The translations under genes were made by a program, and so were the position numbers. Source: Porticoccaceae bacterium (GTDB lineage: Bacteria > Pseudomonadota > Gammaproteobacteria > Pseudomonadales > Porticoccaceae). Taken from it: a stretch of DNA of 64,000 bases. This document shows, piece after piece, positions 26,958-37,681 of this stretch. The DNA is taken from positions 40,940-104,939 of the forward strand of contig NZIZ01000047.1 in the NCBI GenBank assembly GCA_002691825.1. Reading direction: 5' to 3'. Each line of letters begins with the position of its first letter. The first letter of the stretch is position 1. A model generated the notes under the pieces. The model was not told the origin of the DNA, did not search any database, and saw nothing but the letters and a program-made list of their open reading frames with translations.

Positions 26958-28841
26958 ATGATCAGACTTGCTAATTTTGAGCTGCGTCGCGGAGAAAACT
27001 TACTTTTTGAAAATGCCAATTTTTGGGTTCATGCAGGCCAAAAGATTGGCCTTACAGGCCGCAACGGGTGCGGAAAATCTAGCTTGTTCGAGATACTCTT
27101 GGGTAGCCTCACGATCGATGCCGGTACACTTACTATGCCCTCGCATTGGAGAATTGCACACTTAGCGCAAGAAACTATTTCATCTGACCGAGAAATTATA
27201 GATTTTGTGGTTGATGGAGATAAAAGTTTACGTGAAATCGAGGCTGAAATAGAGTCTGCAGAGGCTAGAAATGACTATGAAAGGTTGGCAGTTGCATTTG
27301 ATAAATTGGAAAACATTAATGGTTTTGATGCTTATCATCGTGCAAAGCTAATGTTATATGGACTAGGCTTTGACGAATCTCAAATAAATCTACCATGCAG
27401 CCAATTGTCTGGTGGTTGGCGTTTACGGCTAAACTTAGCTCAAGCGTTAATGAGTCCGTCAGAGTTGCTCTTGTTGGATGAACCTACTAATCACTTGGAC
27501 ATAAACGCAGTGCTTTGGCTTGAGCAGTGGTTGAAAGATTATCAGGGAGTGGTAATAGTAATCTCCCATGATCGAGAATTCCTCGATAACGTTGTGGAAT
27601 CAATAATTCAGATAGAAGAACTACAGTGTCAAATGTATGCCGGAGGTTATTCTAGTTTTGAAAAAGTGCGATGTGAGCAATTGTCGCATCAGGCAAAAGC
27701 CTATGAAAAACAGGAGCGCCGGCGTCGAGAGATACAGAGATTCATTGATAGATTTGGTTCCAAAGCGAGCAAGGCGCGTCAGGCGCAAAGCCGATTGAAA
27801 GAGCTCAAACGAATGAAAACTGAAACAGCTATAGATGTTAATTCGCCTTTTCATTTTACTTTTTTCGATTCTCAAGTAGTCGCGTCTCCTTTGATTAGTT
27901 TGAATAATGCTTGTCTCGGATATGGGACTGACATAGTCTTCTCTGGATTAAATTTTAGAATTCAACCAAGTGAAAGGATAGCGTTTTTGGGAGCAAACGG
28001 ATCTGGTAAATCAACGTTGTTGACCGGGTTACTTGGATCCCTCAAGCTAAAAAATGGTAATCGTATAGTCAAAAAACACTTGCAAATAGGATATTTCTCT
28101 CAGCATCAAATAGAAACTTTAGACTTAAGTGCTAGCGCCTTACAGCATTTGAGAAGAGCCTCACCCGAGGCATCGGATCAAGATTTAAGGAATTTTCTTG
28201 GGAGCTTCGATTTTTCAAATGCGAGAGCGTTAAATCCGGTTGAAAGTTTTTCGGGTGGAGAGAAATCACGATTGGCTTTAGCACTGATAATCTGGCGTCG
28301 CCCCAATCTATTGCTTTTGGATGAGCCCACAAATCACCTAGATCTGGAGATGCGGCGCGCCTTGATTTGTGCCTTACAAAGTTATTCAGGTGCCTTAATA
28401 GTCGTATCACATGATCGTCATTTACTGCGAACCACTGTGGACAAGTTTTATCTAATAGAGGACCACAAGGTTCTCTTATTTGATGGGGAAATTAAAGACT
28501 ATGAGAGTCGCTTACGCGAAAACAGAATTAGCATAAAAACTAGTAAGTTGACCGAAGGCAAGAATATCTTATCGCGAAAATCCAATCGCCAAAACTTAGC
28601 GAAAGAGCGAGTTCTGACCCGGTCACTTAAAGTGGAGATCAGACAAATAGAGTTAGAAATGCAGGATTTGCAGGAAAGAGTACTTGAGGCGCAGAGGATT
28701 TTGGCGGATCCTTCCTCATATGATCGAGAAAATCAGGAAAAATTGCAGACAACAGTGGCTGAAGAGGGCCGTCTAAGGGCTCATTTAGGACAACGAGAGG
28801 ATCGATGGCTGCAATTAAATAGTGAAATTGAGCATTTGTAA
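26958..28841 (+). CDS. yheS: ABC-F family ATPase YheS
   Basis: Two ABC cassettes (GRNGCGKS, LSGGWRLRLNLAQALM; GANGSGKST, FSGGEKSRLALA), KASKARQAQSRLK linker, coiled-coil C-terminus. Confidence 0.88.
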   Translation: MIRLANFELRRGENLLFENANFWVHAGQKIGLTGRNGCGKSSLFEILLGSLTIDAGTLTMPSHWRIAHLAQETISSDREIIDFVVDGDKSLREIEAEIESAEARNDYERLAVAFDKLENINGFDAYHRAKLMLYGLGFDESQINLPCSQLSGGWRLRLNLAQALMSPSELLLLDEPTNHLDINAVLWLEQWLKDYQGVVIVISHDREFLDNVVESIIQIEELQCQMYAGGYSSFEKVRCEQLSHQAKAYEKQERRRREIQRFIDRFGSKASKARQAQSRLKELKRMKTETAIDVNSPFHFTFFDSQVVASPLISLNNACLGYGTDIVFSGLNFRIQPSERIAFLGANGSGKSTLLTGLLGSLKLKNGNRIVKKHLQIGYFSQHQIETLDLSASALQHLRRASPEASDQDLRNFLGSFDFSNARALNPVESFSGGEKSRLALALIIWRRPNLLLLDEPTNHLDLEMRRALICALQSYSGALIVVSHDRHLLRTTVDKFYLIEDHKVLLFDGEIKDYESRLRENRISIKTSKLTEGKNILSRKSNRQNLAKERVLTRSLKVEIRQIELEMQDLQERVLEAQRILADPSSYDRENQEKLQTTVAEEGRLRAHLGQREDRWLQLNSEIEHL

Positions 28842-28929
28842 TGTGTCGCACGTAATGTTTCTCAAAAATACGCTGACTTCCGATGCAGAGGCTAAATAAG
28901 TTCTTTATATTAACGTGAGGTAAGTAATT

Positions 28930-29397
28930 ATGTTTGAAAAAAGTAAAAAACCTATTGATCAGAAAGGTGAATCTCGAGCAAATTCGTCTGATGGTAAATT
29001 ATTTAAGGCCATTATTGGAACCACCGTTAAAGTCGTTGGTCAGATCACCTCCGCTGAGGATATTCAAATTGATGGTAATGTCGAAGGTAGTATCAGCGCT
29101 GAGGAGCATAAGGTTTTTGTCAGCGCCTGTGGAAATTTATTGGCAGACGTAAGGGCGCATGTGGTCATTATTGAAGGTACCGTAAAAGGAGACATAACTG
29201 GTTTGGAGAAGGTAGTAGTTTGCCAGAGTGGAAATGTTCTCGGAAATATTGATGCACCAAGGGTAACACTAGAAGATGGTGCAAAATTTAAGGGTAATAT
29301 TGAAATGGACCCCACGGTTCCGCCAATTTTTAACGCGAGGCCGGGTAAGGTAACCTCGAGTGCAAGTGACGGTGATGAGGCAGTTAAATCCTCTTGA
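28930..29397 (+). CDS. Bactofilin (polymer-forming cytoskeletal protein) with N-terminal MFxK motif
   Basis: IIGTTVKVVGQI...IQIDGNVEGSI...IIEGTVKGDI...VLGNIDAPRVTLEDGAKFKGNIEM beta-helix repeats. Confidence 0.92.
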   Translation: MFEKSKKPIDQKGESRANSSDGKLFKAIIGTTVKVVGQITSAEDIQIDGNVEGSISAEEHKVFVSACGNLLADVRAHVVIIEGTVKGDITGLEKVVVCQSGNVLGNIDAPRVTLEDGAKFKGNIEMDPTVPPIFNARPGKVTSSASDGDEAVKSS

Positions 29398-29446
29398 GAA
29401 TTAGCTCATTTTTGGTTTGGTACGGTCACAACATCTGTGGCAATAG

Positions 29447-30112
29447 GTGAGTGTAAATAACATGAATAAGGCGAGTAACATTTCATTTGGAGACCACTCA
29501 TTACTTAACTCAATAATATTTGAGGAGCTTTGGAGAGATCTGCCAAAAACTACTCCCCTGCGTGTGCTCAATTTAGGGAGAGCAGGGTCAGCAACCGTCA
29601 AATTTTTCGCAGATTATTGCGAGAGCCAAAAGTGCAACCTATTTTTTCCTGATCTTTACTCAGAGCCTTTCTTGAGTGGAGCTCAGCCTGATGTTTTGCC
29701 GTCTAAGCTGGAGGCACTGTTTTGTTCGATGCTAAATTTGACGCCTGGAATTGCCCTCGACGTCTGTCTATTCTGGGATTTTTTTTATTTCCTGAAAAGG
29801 ACATATGTGGAGGGTTTTATGAGGGCCTTACGACCATTCCTCAAAACTTCGACTAAGGCTTATTGCATAGGGAGTATGAATGTCGATAAGATGGCGACTT
29901 TTCACTATGGGATTTCAGATACTCAACATTTGATACAGTCTCCGAGACAGATGCATAACATGCCACTATTTGGTCATTCCATGGGCGATTTAAGGGCACT
30001 CTTGAGTCCCCTTGCTATGAGTAAGGTCCGCTTAATGACAGATGGTCGTTCTGAAATCTTACTCGCCGACAAGTCAGTAATAAAGGGATTCAGAGACGCT
30101 CCAATAATCTAG
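29447..30112 (+). CDS. Hypothetical protein, degenerate class I SAM-methyltransferase-like fold
   Basis: LRVLNLG (motif I-like), LDVCLFWDFFYFL (FD-x-x-L-x-W-D post-II-like), LRPFLK; downstream of the bactofilin gene. Confidence 0.55.
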   Translation: MSVNNMNKASNISFGDHSLLNSIIFEELWRDLPKTTPLRVLNLGRAGSATVKFFADYCESQKCNLFFPDLYSEPFLSGAQPDVLPSKLEALFCSMLNLTPGIALDVCLFWDFFYFLKRTYVEGFMRALRPFLKTSTKAYCIGSMNVDKMATFHYGISDTQHLIQSPRQMHNMPLFGHSMGDLRALLSPLAMSKVRLMTDGRSEILLADKSVIKGFRDAPII

Positions 30113-30293
30113 GCAATTTTTAAAAAAGCTAAACAATTAATCTCCGTTTTTTACTCGTTTATAATCGGGGGGGGCGCCTTCGTGTTGCTTTAAAAACTTA
30201 GGTGGTGAGAGCAATTTTTATTCGATGCGGCTTGATATTTTAAACAACATAGTTCAATTTTTTTACCCACTGGACTTTAAAACCTTTGCACTT

Positions 30294-31289
30294 CTACTTC
30301 TCGATATGAGCTATAAGAGCTTCAGCAGCATTACATCCCGACAAAAAAGCGCCTTCTACCCTTGGTCCAGCGAAGGCATCGCCTGCGATCATGAGCGTTG
30401 GGTTATGCTGAATCAGCATGAAACGCTCTTTGTCGACACATCGAGGCTTGCTGTAGCGCCATCTGTGTACCATATAGTGTTTGACGGAAGCTCCAAGCCA
30501 CGACTTTGAGAGATTAATAATCTTTTTTGCCACTTCATCTTGATCCTCATCGAAATGAGTTCCACTGAAGTCGGATGAGGCGTGAATTGTAACGGATGGA
30601 ATTTTGGATACTCCTTTCTTCATGTTATCGCTAATCCAATCTATATCATCAATATCTGGAACCAACATCCCAGGGGCGGGAATTTTACTTGGTCCTTCCA
30701 GTAAAGCCATCACTGCAATGCATGGATCATACGTCAGCTTTTGTAATCTGATGCGCTGATCTTGACTTAGATATGTACCGCCTCTGTCAATTATTTCCAA
30801 TGATTGCGGAACAGGCGCGGTAAGGAGAATATTTCTTGCGTGTATCAAGCCACCGTCTGTAAACTCAACCTTCCAGCGATCTTGCTGGACCATAACTTTA
30901 AGGACTTGTGTTGCAGTATTAATGTTTAACGAGCATGCTAAGCTGTTTGCGAGCGCTCGCATATTCGGTATCCCCCGCCATCTTTCGTGATTTTCGGACC
31001 CCCCCGGATATCCTCTGAACCATAATTCTGCAGTTCCGTCAGCGACCCATCGATTTACTTGAGCTAAGAATCTTGGTTCTCGGGCCGTCATAAACTGAGC
31101 GCCATAATCAAAAAAAGCAGATCCAAATGAGCGGCTAGCAAGTCTTCCGCCAACCGATTTGCCTTTGTCTACAACTAGTACTTCATATCCTTTGCCGGCA
31201 AACTCTTTAGTCGCGGAGAGACCAGCTAAACCGGCGCCAATAACCAGAATGTCTACAGTTGGAGGATATTTTTTTCCTTGAAGATTAAT
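30294..31289 (-). CDS. Renalase-like NAD(P)/FAD-dependent oxidoreductase (331 aa if started at ATT 31289)
   Basis: The frame stays open upstream of the track start (31091) through VDILVIGAGLAGL...VVDKGKSVGGRLASR...FDYGAQF. C-terminus has HRWRYS and AGDAFAGPRVEGAFLSG. There is no ATG/GTG/TTG upstream of the GxGxxG motif. Confidence 0.88.
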   Translation of the reverse strand: MNLQGKKYPPTVDILVIGAGLAGLSATKEFAGKGYEVLVVDKGKSVGGRLASRSFGSAFFDYGAQFMTAREPRFLAQVNRWVADGTAELWFRGYPGGSENHERWRGIPNMRALANSLACSLNINTATQVLKVMVQQDRWKVEFTDGGLIHARNILLTAPVPQSLEIIDRGGTYLSQDQRIRLQKLTYDPCIAVMALLEGPSKIPAPGMLVPDIDDIDWISDNMKKGVSKIPSVTIHASSDFSGTHFDEDQDEVAKKIINLSKSWLGASVKHYMVHRWRYSKPRCVDKERFMLIQHNPTLMIAGDAFAGPRVEGAFLSGCNAAEALIAHIEK

Positions 31290-31291
31290 GT

Positions 31292-31453
31292 TTATTCTTT
31301 CCCGTTAGGTGGATGTCTCAGTCGAGCTTGATTTCTGCATCGCTGTGAACAGTATCGTATCTCTGGCCAGTTTTTTTTCCATTTCTTTCTCCATAAAAAA
31401 GGGAGGTTGCAAATCTTACAAATTTTTTGTGGAAAATTCCGCTTCTTCTGCAT
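31292..31453 (-). CDS. DUF2256-family small Cys-rich protein (53 aa, absent from the ORF track)
   Basis: MQKKRNFPQKICKICNLPFLWRKKWKKNWPEIRYCSQRCRNQARLRHPPNGKE* carries the K-x-C-x-x-C...PF-x-WRKKW...W...YCS-x-RCR signature. Confidence 0.88.
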   Translation of the reverse strand: MQKKRNFPQKICKICNLPFLWRKKWKKNWPEIRYCSQRCRNQARLRHPPNGKE

Positions 31454-31521
31454 TATAAAATGGTCTCACTTTTTAGTTTTACGAGTTAATACCATTCAAA
31501 TCTAAGACTAGGATTTTTTGT

Positions 31522-32280
31522 TTAAAGTTGGAAAAGTTTTTCGGGTTTTTTGTCAAGCCGGTGAGATTGTGTCGCTAAGCTTGTAAGCCATAGCGTGTAG
31601 GGTTGTGTTTGATTAAATATGATACGGATATTTTCGTCATTACGCTGTTCTCGAAATGCTCGTCTAAACGCAGGAGAATAATAAAGAGGTTTTCCCAAGT
31701 AAGCCTGCTCTTTCGATAGCGCATGTCTGAGTTCATTGAATTCATCACGGCTGTCAACCAGATTTGGGAGAATAACTAACGCTGGACATGCTGGACGATG
31801 TCTTTTTCCACGAACGTTAAAAAGGTCATGAAGTCCAGAGATATAATTGCGCGTTGCATATATGTCTGCGTCGCTAACTGAAGTAGGTATCAACATTATA
31901 TCACAATGATGAAGAAATACACTATTGCTAGGTTGATGGCCGGCGGCTCCATCAAGCACTACAAAGCGTTTCTTAAAGTTATTTAACCGTTCTTTTTCAA
32001 TGTGTTTCAGAATATTTTCGTTATTCGGAGAGCCATCTTCGCAACGAAGGGAGGTGCCTTGTACTACCGAGAATCGTTGATCACAGAACCTTTGCAATGA
32101 ACTACTGCTGGTTGCTTGTGGATCCAAATCAAGTAATTTTACGCTAGCGTCCCTGTAGCGAGTGGCTAGTCCAAGAGCCATCAAAAGGGCTAGAGTGCTT
32201 TTACCCACGCCACCTTTTGAATTGCCAAAGATGACCGTTTTGGGCCTTGCTGTTGATCGAGGTGCTTGGCCTGGGATCAT
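31522..32280 (-). CDS. Orphan ParA/MinD-family ATPase
   Basis: Deviant Walker A NSKGGVGKST, LLDLDPQ, VVLDGAAG (Walker B), IPTSVS, ILPN; no parB adjacent. Confidence 0.88.
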   Translation of the reverse strand: MIPGQAPRSTARPKTVIFGNSKGGVGKSTLALLMALGLATRYRDASVKLLDLDPQATSSSSLQRFCDQRFSVVQGTSLRCEDGSPNNENILKHIEKERLNNFKKRFVVLDGAAGHQPSNSVFLHHCDIMLIPTSVSDADIYATRNYISGLHDLFNVRGKRHRPACPALVILPNLVDSRDEFNELRHALSKEQAYLGKPLYYSPAFRRAFREQRNDENIRIIFNQTQPYTLWLTSLATQSHRLDKKPEKLFQL

Positions 32281-32319
32281 ATTTATTAAATCGGTCCTTG
32301 CCTGAATTCAGAGGAATGA

Positions 32320-32745
32320 TCAGGTATCTAGTGTTTGGCCATCGTCCGACATAGTCGCACCTGCATTAAACGCCTCTAAACGACTGGAAACTATCGGCTG
32401 TCCGAGATCTTGATCCCAATCAGTGGTGATTTCTCCAACAAGTTTAGCGCCTTCTTCCGTTTGTAATGCGCCGTATTGAATCTTGCCTCTAATTCTACCC
32501 GACGCGCATACAGTGAGTTTTCCCGTAAGTGATAGAGTATCTTCTACAGTACCCTCGATAGTTGCAGTTTCGCCTGAGATATCTCCTTGAACGACTCCCC
32601 CAACTCCAACAATAAGATGTTTAACGGAGACTTTTCCTACAATCTTGCCATCTATTCTCGCTGTTCCGTCTATTGCAAGCGACGCTCCCTCAAGATGAGT
32701 GGCAGGACCCACATAAAATTCGAATTCTTGGTCTATGTCTGTCAT
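32320..32745 (-). CDS. Second bactofilin
   Basis: FYVGPATHLEG...ARIDGKIVGKV...LIVGVGGVVQGDI...IEGTV...GRIRGKIQYGALQTEEGAKLVGEI; CAGGAG RBS before ATG 32745. Confidence 0.9.
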   Translation of the reverse strand: MTDIDQEFEFYVGPATHLEGASLAIDGTARIDGKIVGKVSVKHLIVGVGGVVQGDISGETATIEGTVEDTLSLTGKLTVCASGRIRGKIQYGALQTEEGAKLVGEITTDWDQDLGQPIVSSRLEAFNAGATMSDDGQTLDT

Positions 32746-33055
32746 TAACAACTCCTGTATGTCTTGTGTAACAGTTTTCTAGGGGTGATTAACATTTCTA
32801 ATTCGCACCTTATATCATATTAGCATAACAAAGATTAGAAGTGCGGACTTATTGGGTTTGTTAAGCAATTGAAAATACACCCTATTTTAACTAGTGGAAG
32901 TCTGAGGGAGGACTAGCCGAGTTTGGTAACTAAAGCAATATAATACTTTTTTTATCTGTTGCTTGGAATAAAAAAATTGGTGGTTTTGGTAAAGCGACTG
33001 TTGGGTATTTATAGAATTCGTTTGCTAAACTGTTCACGAGAGATTTTACTGGAGT

Positions 33056-34528
33056 TCAATCTTCCTGCTCATTTGTTAATTCACACAATTTTCGGGCTAG
33101 GAGATCATTTGTTCGCTTTGGGTCTGCTTGACCCTTGGATCGCCTCATAATCTGTCCCATGAGCCCACCCAGCTTTTTCTTACGATGTTGCGGTCCTGAG
33201 GTTATGAAGTCGTTTACCATTTTAGGATTATCAGATATTACTGATGTCACTAATTCATTTAAAGTCTTGAGATCTGTTAGTTGTTTTAAATTTCGATCCC
33301 TTATTATAACGTCAGCAGTACCTTCACCCTTCCACATAGCCTCAAAGACCTGTTTCGCGATTTTTCCAGAAATAGTGTGGTCGCAAACACGCTCAACAAG
33401 TACTCCCAAATCCTCTGCCGCGACAGGACTTTCCATGATTGGCAAGTTTGCGGTATTTAACCGACCCATCAGCTCCCCAAGTGTCCAATTTGCAGCTTGT
33501 TTTGGGTTTTTACATTTGCCTGCAACGATTTCGAAATAATTTGATAATTCTTTGCTAGTAGAGAGAATATCAGCTTCAAATGCACCGATACCATACTCAG
33601 ATACCAACCGAATCGACCTTTCGTCAGGTAATTCGGGTAATTTTTTTTGGATCTCCTGAACATGAGATTTAGTAATTTTAACTGGAAGTAAATCAGGGCA
33701 CGGAAAGTATCGGTAGTCATTTGCCTCTTCTTTGCTTCGCATTGAATAGCCGGTCTTTGTTTCTCCATTGTAAAGCCTAGTCTCTTGAATAACGGTCCCT
33801 CCGTCTTCTAATATTTCGATTTGTCTATCGATTTCTAATATTATTGCTTCTTTCATAAATTTAAATGAATTGAGGTTTTTTGTTTCGGTGCGTGTGCCCA
33901 GAGCCGTGCTACCATTTGGCCGCACTGAAACATTTACATCAAAGCGAAGAGATCCTTCCGCCATATGTCCATCACAAATTCCTAGTGAGGTTACAAGACT
34001 GTGAATCTTTTTAGCAAAGATTACTGCTTCGGTTGCACTTGATAAATCAGGCTCTGTCACAATTTCAATCAGCGGAGTGCCGGCCCGATTGAGATCTATA
34101 CCAGATAGCCCACTTCCAAAACTTCCTGAGTGCAACGATTTGCCGGCATCCTCTTCAAGATGGGCGTGATGAATTCTTATTTCCTTCTTGGTTCCGTCTT
34201 TCAAAAAAATCGGTACTTTACCTTTTCCAATAATTGGCCACTCTAATTGCGTTGTTTGATAGCCCTTGGGAAGATCAGGGTAAAAGTAATTTTTTCTTTC
34301 GAATATCGATATAGGTGGGATTTCTGCATTAATTGCAAGTCCAAGCATAATTGCATTATCGACTGCCTTAGAATTTAGTACTGGAAGCGTTCCTGGCATA
34401 GCTAGGTCAATAGCGCATGCCTGACTGTTTGGTTTGGCCCCGAATAATGTACTTGCACCAGAAAATATTTTTGTTACGGTTGAAAGTTGGACATGAATTT
34501 CAAGGCCGATTACAGAATCCCAGCGCAT
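33056..34528 (-). CDS. gatB: Asp/Glu-tRNA amidotransferase subunit B
   Basis: VIGLEIHVQL, RKNYFYPDLPKGYQ, HLEEDAGKS, DLNRAGTPLIEIVTEPD, RSKEEANDYRYFPCPDL. Confidence 0.98.
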   Translation of the reverse strand: MRWDSVIGLEIHVQLSTVTKIFSGASTLFGAKPNSQACAIDLAMPGTLPVLNSKAVDNAIMLGLAINAEIPPISIFERKNYFYPDLPKGYQTTQLEWPIIGKGKVPIFLKDGTKKEIRIHHAHLEEDAGKSLHSGSFGSGLSGIDLNRAGTPLIEIVTEPDLSSATEAVIFAKKIHSLVTSLGICDGHMAEGSLRFDVNVSVRPNGSTALGTRTETKNLNSFKFMKEAIILEIDRQIEILEDGGTVIQETRLYNGETKTGYSMRSKEEANDYRYFPCPDLLPVKITKSHVQEIQKKLPELPDERSIRLVSEYGIGAFEADILSTSKELSNYFEIVAGKCKNPKQAANWTLGELMGRLNTANLPIMESPVAAEDLGVLVERVCDHTISGKIAKQVFEAMWKGEGTADVIIRDRNLKQLTDLKTLNELVTSVISDNPKMVNDFITSGPQHRKKKLGGLMGQIMRRSKGQADPKRTNDLLARKLCELTNEQED

Positions 34529-35982
34529 TATGAATGCTCTTTTGGTGCGGAGTTATGCCAATCTGTCTCTTTTTGCATACAGTGCGCAATATTTAGAATG
34601 CGCGCTTCTTGCAAATAATTACCGATTAGTTGCAGGCCTATGGGATTTCGATCAACAAAACCGCAAGGAATGGACATCCCAGGTAGGCCTGCTAAATTTG
34701 TTGCAATGGTGTATATGTCTTCCAAGTACATTTTTACTGGATCATCACTTTTTTCGCCAAATTTGAATGCGGGTGCTGGGCATGTGGGGCTCGCGACAAC
34801 GTCGACTTTGGAGAAAGCCTCTGTGAAGTCTTGTTTAATTAAATGTCGGACTTGTTGCGCTTTCTTGTAGTATGCATCATGGTACCCTGCCGAAAGACAG
34901 TAAGTACCGATCAATATCCTTCGCTGCACTTCCTCACCGAAACCTTCGGCTCGAGTGCGGCAATACAGATCTTCGAGGCTTTGTGGATTTTCGCAACGAT
35001 GGCCAAACCTAATGCCGTCAAATCGAGCAAGGTTTGCCGATGCTTCTGCCGGTGCAATGACATAATAAGCGGGAACTGATAGTTTGGTATTTGGAAGGCT
35101 AACGTCAACTAGTATGGCTCCCAAGTCTGTCAATACTCCGAGCGCTTTAAAGACGGTTGCCTCAACAGAAGGGCTCAATGAATTAGAAAAATATTCTCTA
35201 GGGATACCGATTCTACAACCAGATATGGATCGATTAATTTCATCTCTATAATCTTTTTCCTGAAATTTCAAAGAAGTAGAGTCACGGTGATCATAACTTG
35301 CCATAGTATTAAGCAATATGGCGCAGTCCTCGGCAGTTCTTGCGATTGGACCTCCTTGGTCCAAACTTGAGGCGAATGCAATCATACCCCACCTTGAAAC
35401 AAGCCCATAAGTCGGTTTCAGACCAGTGACACCGCAGAGTGCCGCGGGCTGGCGAATGGAACCACCTGTGTCTGTAGCGGTCGCTGCTGGTGTCATCCGA
35501 GCGGCGACGGCCGCCGCCGAACCTCCTGATGACCCTCCGGGAACTCTCGTAATATCCCAAGGATTTTTAACTGGCCCATAAAAACTAGTCTCATTGGAGG
35601 AGCCCATAGCAAATTCGTCCATGTTGGCCTTTCCAAGCATAACTGTTCCTGCTTGAGATAAGTTTTCTACTACAGTTGCATCATAGGGGGGAACAAAATT
35701 GTGCAGCATTTTCGAACCGCAACTAGTCTTGACCCCGCGTGTACAAAAAATGTCTTTGTGGACTACGGGTATGCCACACAGTTCGTTATAAATATTACCA
35801 CTGAGCGTCTCATCCGCTCTCTTTGCGCTCTCTAATGCTTGTTCTTCGGTAACAGTTATCAAAGCATTAAAAATGGGATTTAGCCTTTTAATTCGACCTA
35901 AGTAATGCAGAGTAAGCTCTACAGATGAAAATTCACGTTTTTTTAATCCCAGTATTTGCGATGCTATTGACATGTCATGCAT
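34528..35982 (-). CDS. gatA: Asp/Glu-tRNA amidotransferase subunit A
   Basis: Amidase signature [41 protein letters not shown] 35982 preferred to 36003. Confidence 0.98.
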   Translation of the reverse strand: MHDMSIASQILGLKKREFSSVELTLHYLGRIKRLNPIFNALITVTEEQALESAKRADETLSGNIYNELCGIPVVHKDIFCTRGVKTSCGSKMLHNFVPPYDATVVENLSQAGTVMLGKANMDEFAMGSSNETSFYGPVKNPWDITRVPGGSSGGSAAAVAARMTPAATATDTGGSIRQPAALCGVTGLKPTYGLVSRWGMIAFASSLDQGGPIARTAEDCAILLNTMASYDHRDSTSLKFQEKDYRDEINRSISGCRIGIPREYFSNSLSPSVEATVFKALGVLTDLGAILVDVSLPNTKLSVPAYYVIAPAEASANLARFDGIRFGHRCENPQSLEDLYCRTRAEGFGEEVQRRILIGTYCLSAGYHDAYYKKAQQVRHLIKQDFTEAFSKVDVVASPTCPAPAFKFGEKSDDPVKMYLEDIYTIATNLAGLPGMSIPCGFVDRNPIGLQLIGNYLQEARILNIAHCMQKETDWHNSAPKEHS

Positions 35983-35995
35983 GACAGCGACTCTG

Positions 35996-36283
35996 TTACT
36001 CAATTACTTTAGGGACCAAGTAAAGATCATTGCAGATGTCTTTACTCAACTTTTGAAAAGCTTTTTGATCATTTTTTTCTGTTATTTCATCTTTGCGCAA
36101 AGTTTGAAAATCTTGTTGTGGATGGGCCATCGGTTCAATATTTTCGGTATCAGCTGTTTGCAACTGGTCAACTAATCTAAGAACATTTTCTAATCTCGAT
36201 GTAACGTCACTTATCGTGCGCTCATCAATGGTCAATCTTGACAATATTCCGAGTTGTGTGACGTCGTCTTTTTTTAACTTCAT
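35996..36283 (-). CDS. gatC: Asp/Glu-tRNA amidotransferase subunit C
   Basis: [26 protein letters not shown]; ATG 36283 gives 95 aa. Confidence 0.95.
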   Translation of the reverse strand: MKLKKDDVTQLGILSRLTIDERTISDVTSRLENVLRLVDQLQTADTENIEPMAHPQQDFQTLRKDEITEKNDQKAFQKLSKDICNDLYLVPKVIE

Positions 36284-36544
36284 AAGTTTGGTTCGTTTTA
36301 AATCAATAATATTTAAAAAGTGTAGCACATATAGGGTTTCTAGTGGACGTGAAATTTGTATCGATTGTCTCTCAAAGGTAACCTTTTAATTTTCCAATCG
36401 ATTAATTGAGACGGTACTATAAATTGTTGAAAGGAGGAAAAAAACAATGTTTAACTCCACTATCGACTTGCGCTACAACTTACTCGCTGTTATCTTCAAA
36501 TTGCTTGTTGGAGCACCCTAGGTGATGCTGCACCTTGGTTTTGA

Positions 36545-37615
<1,071 letters not shown>

Positions 37616-37681
37616 TGTAACTTTTTTAATTGTGGTCGATTGAACTCGCTTTTATCGGGGATTTTAGGTAGGTAAGACGCA

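Noticed and set aside
30167-30174. G8 homopolymer as a contingency locus
   Set aside because: It lies between convergent gene ends, not in a promoter or CDS.
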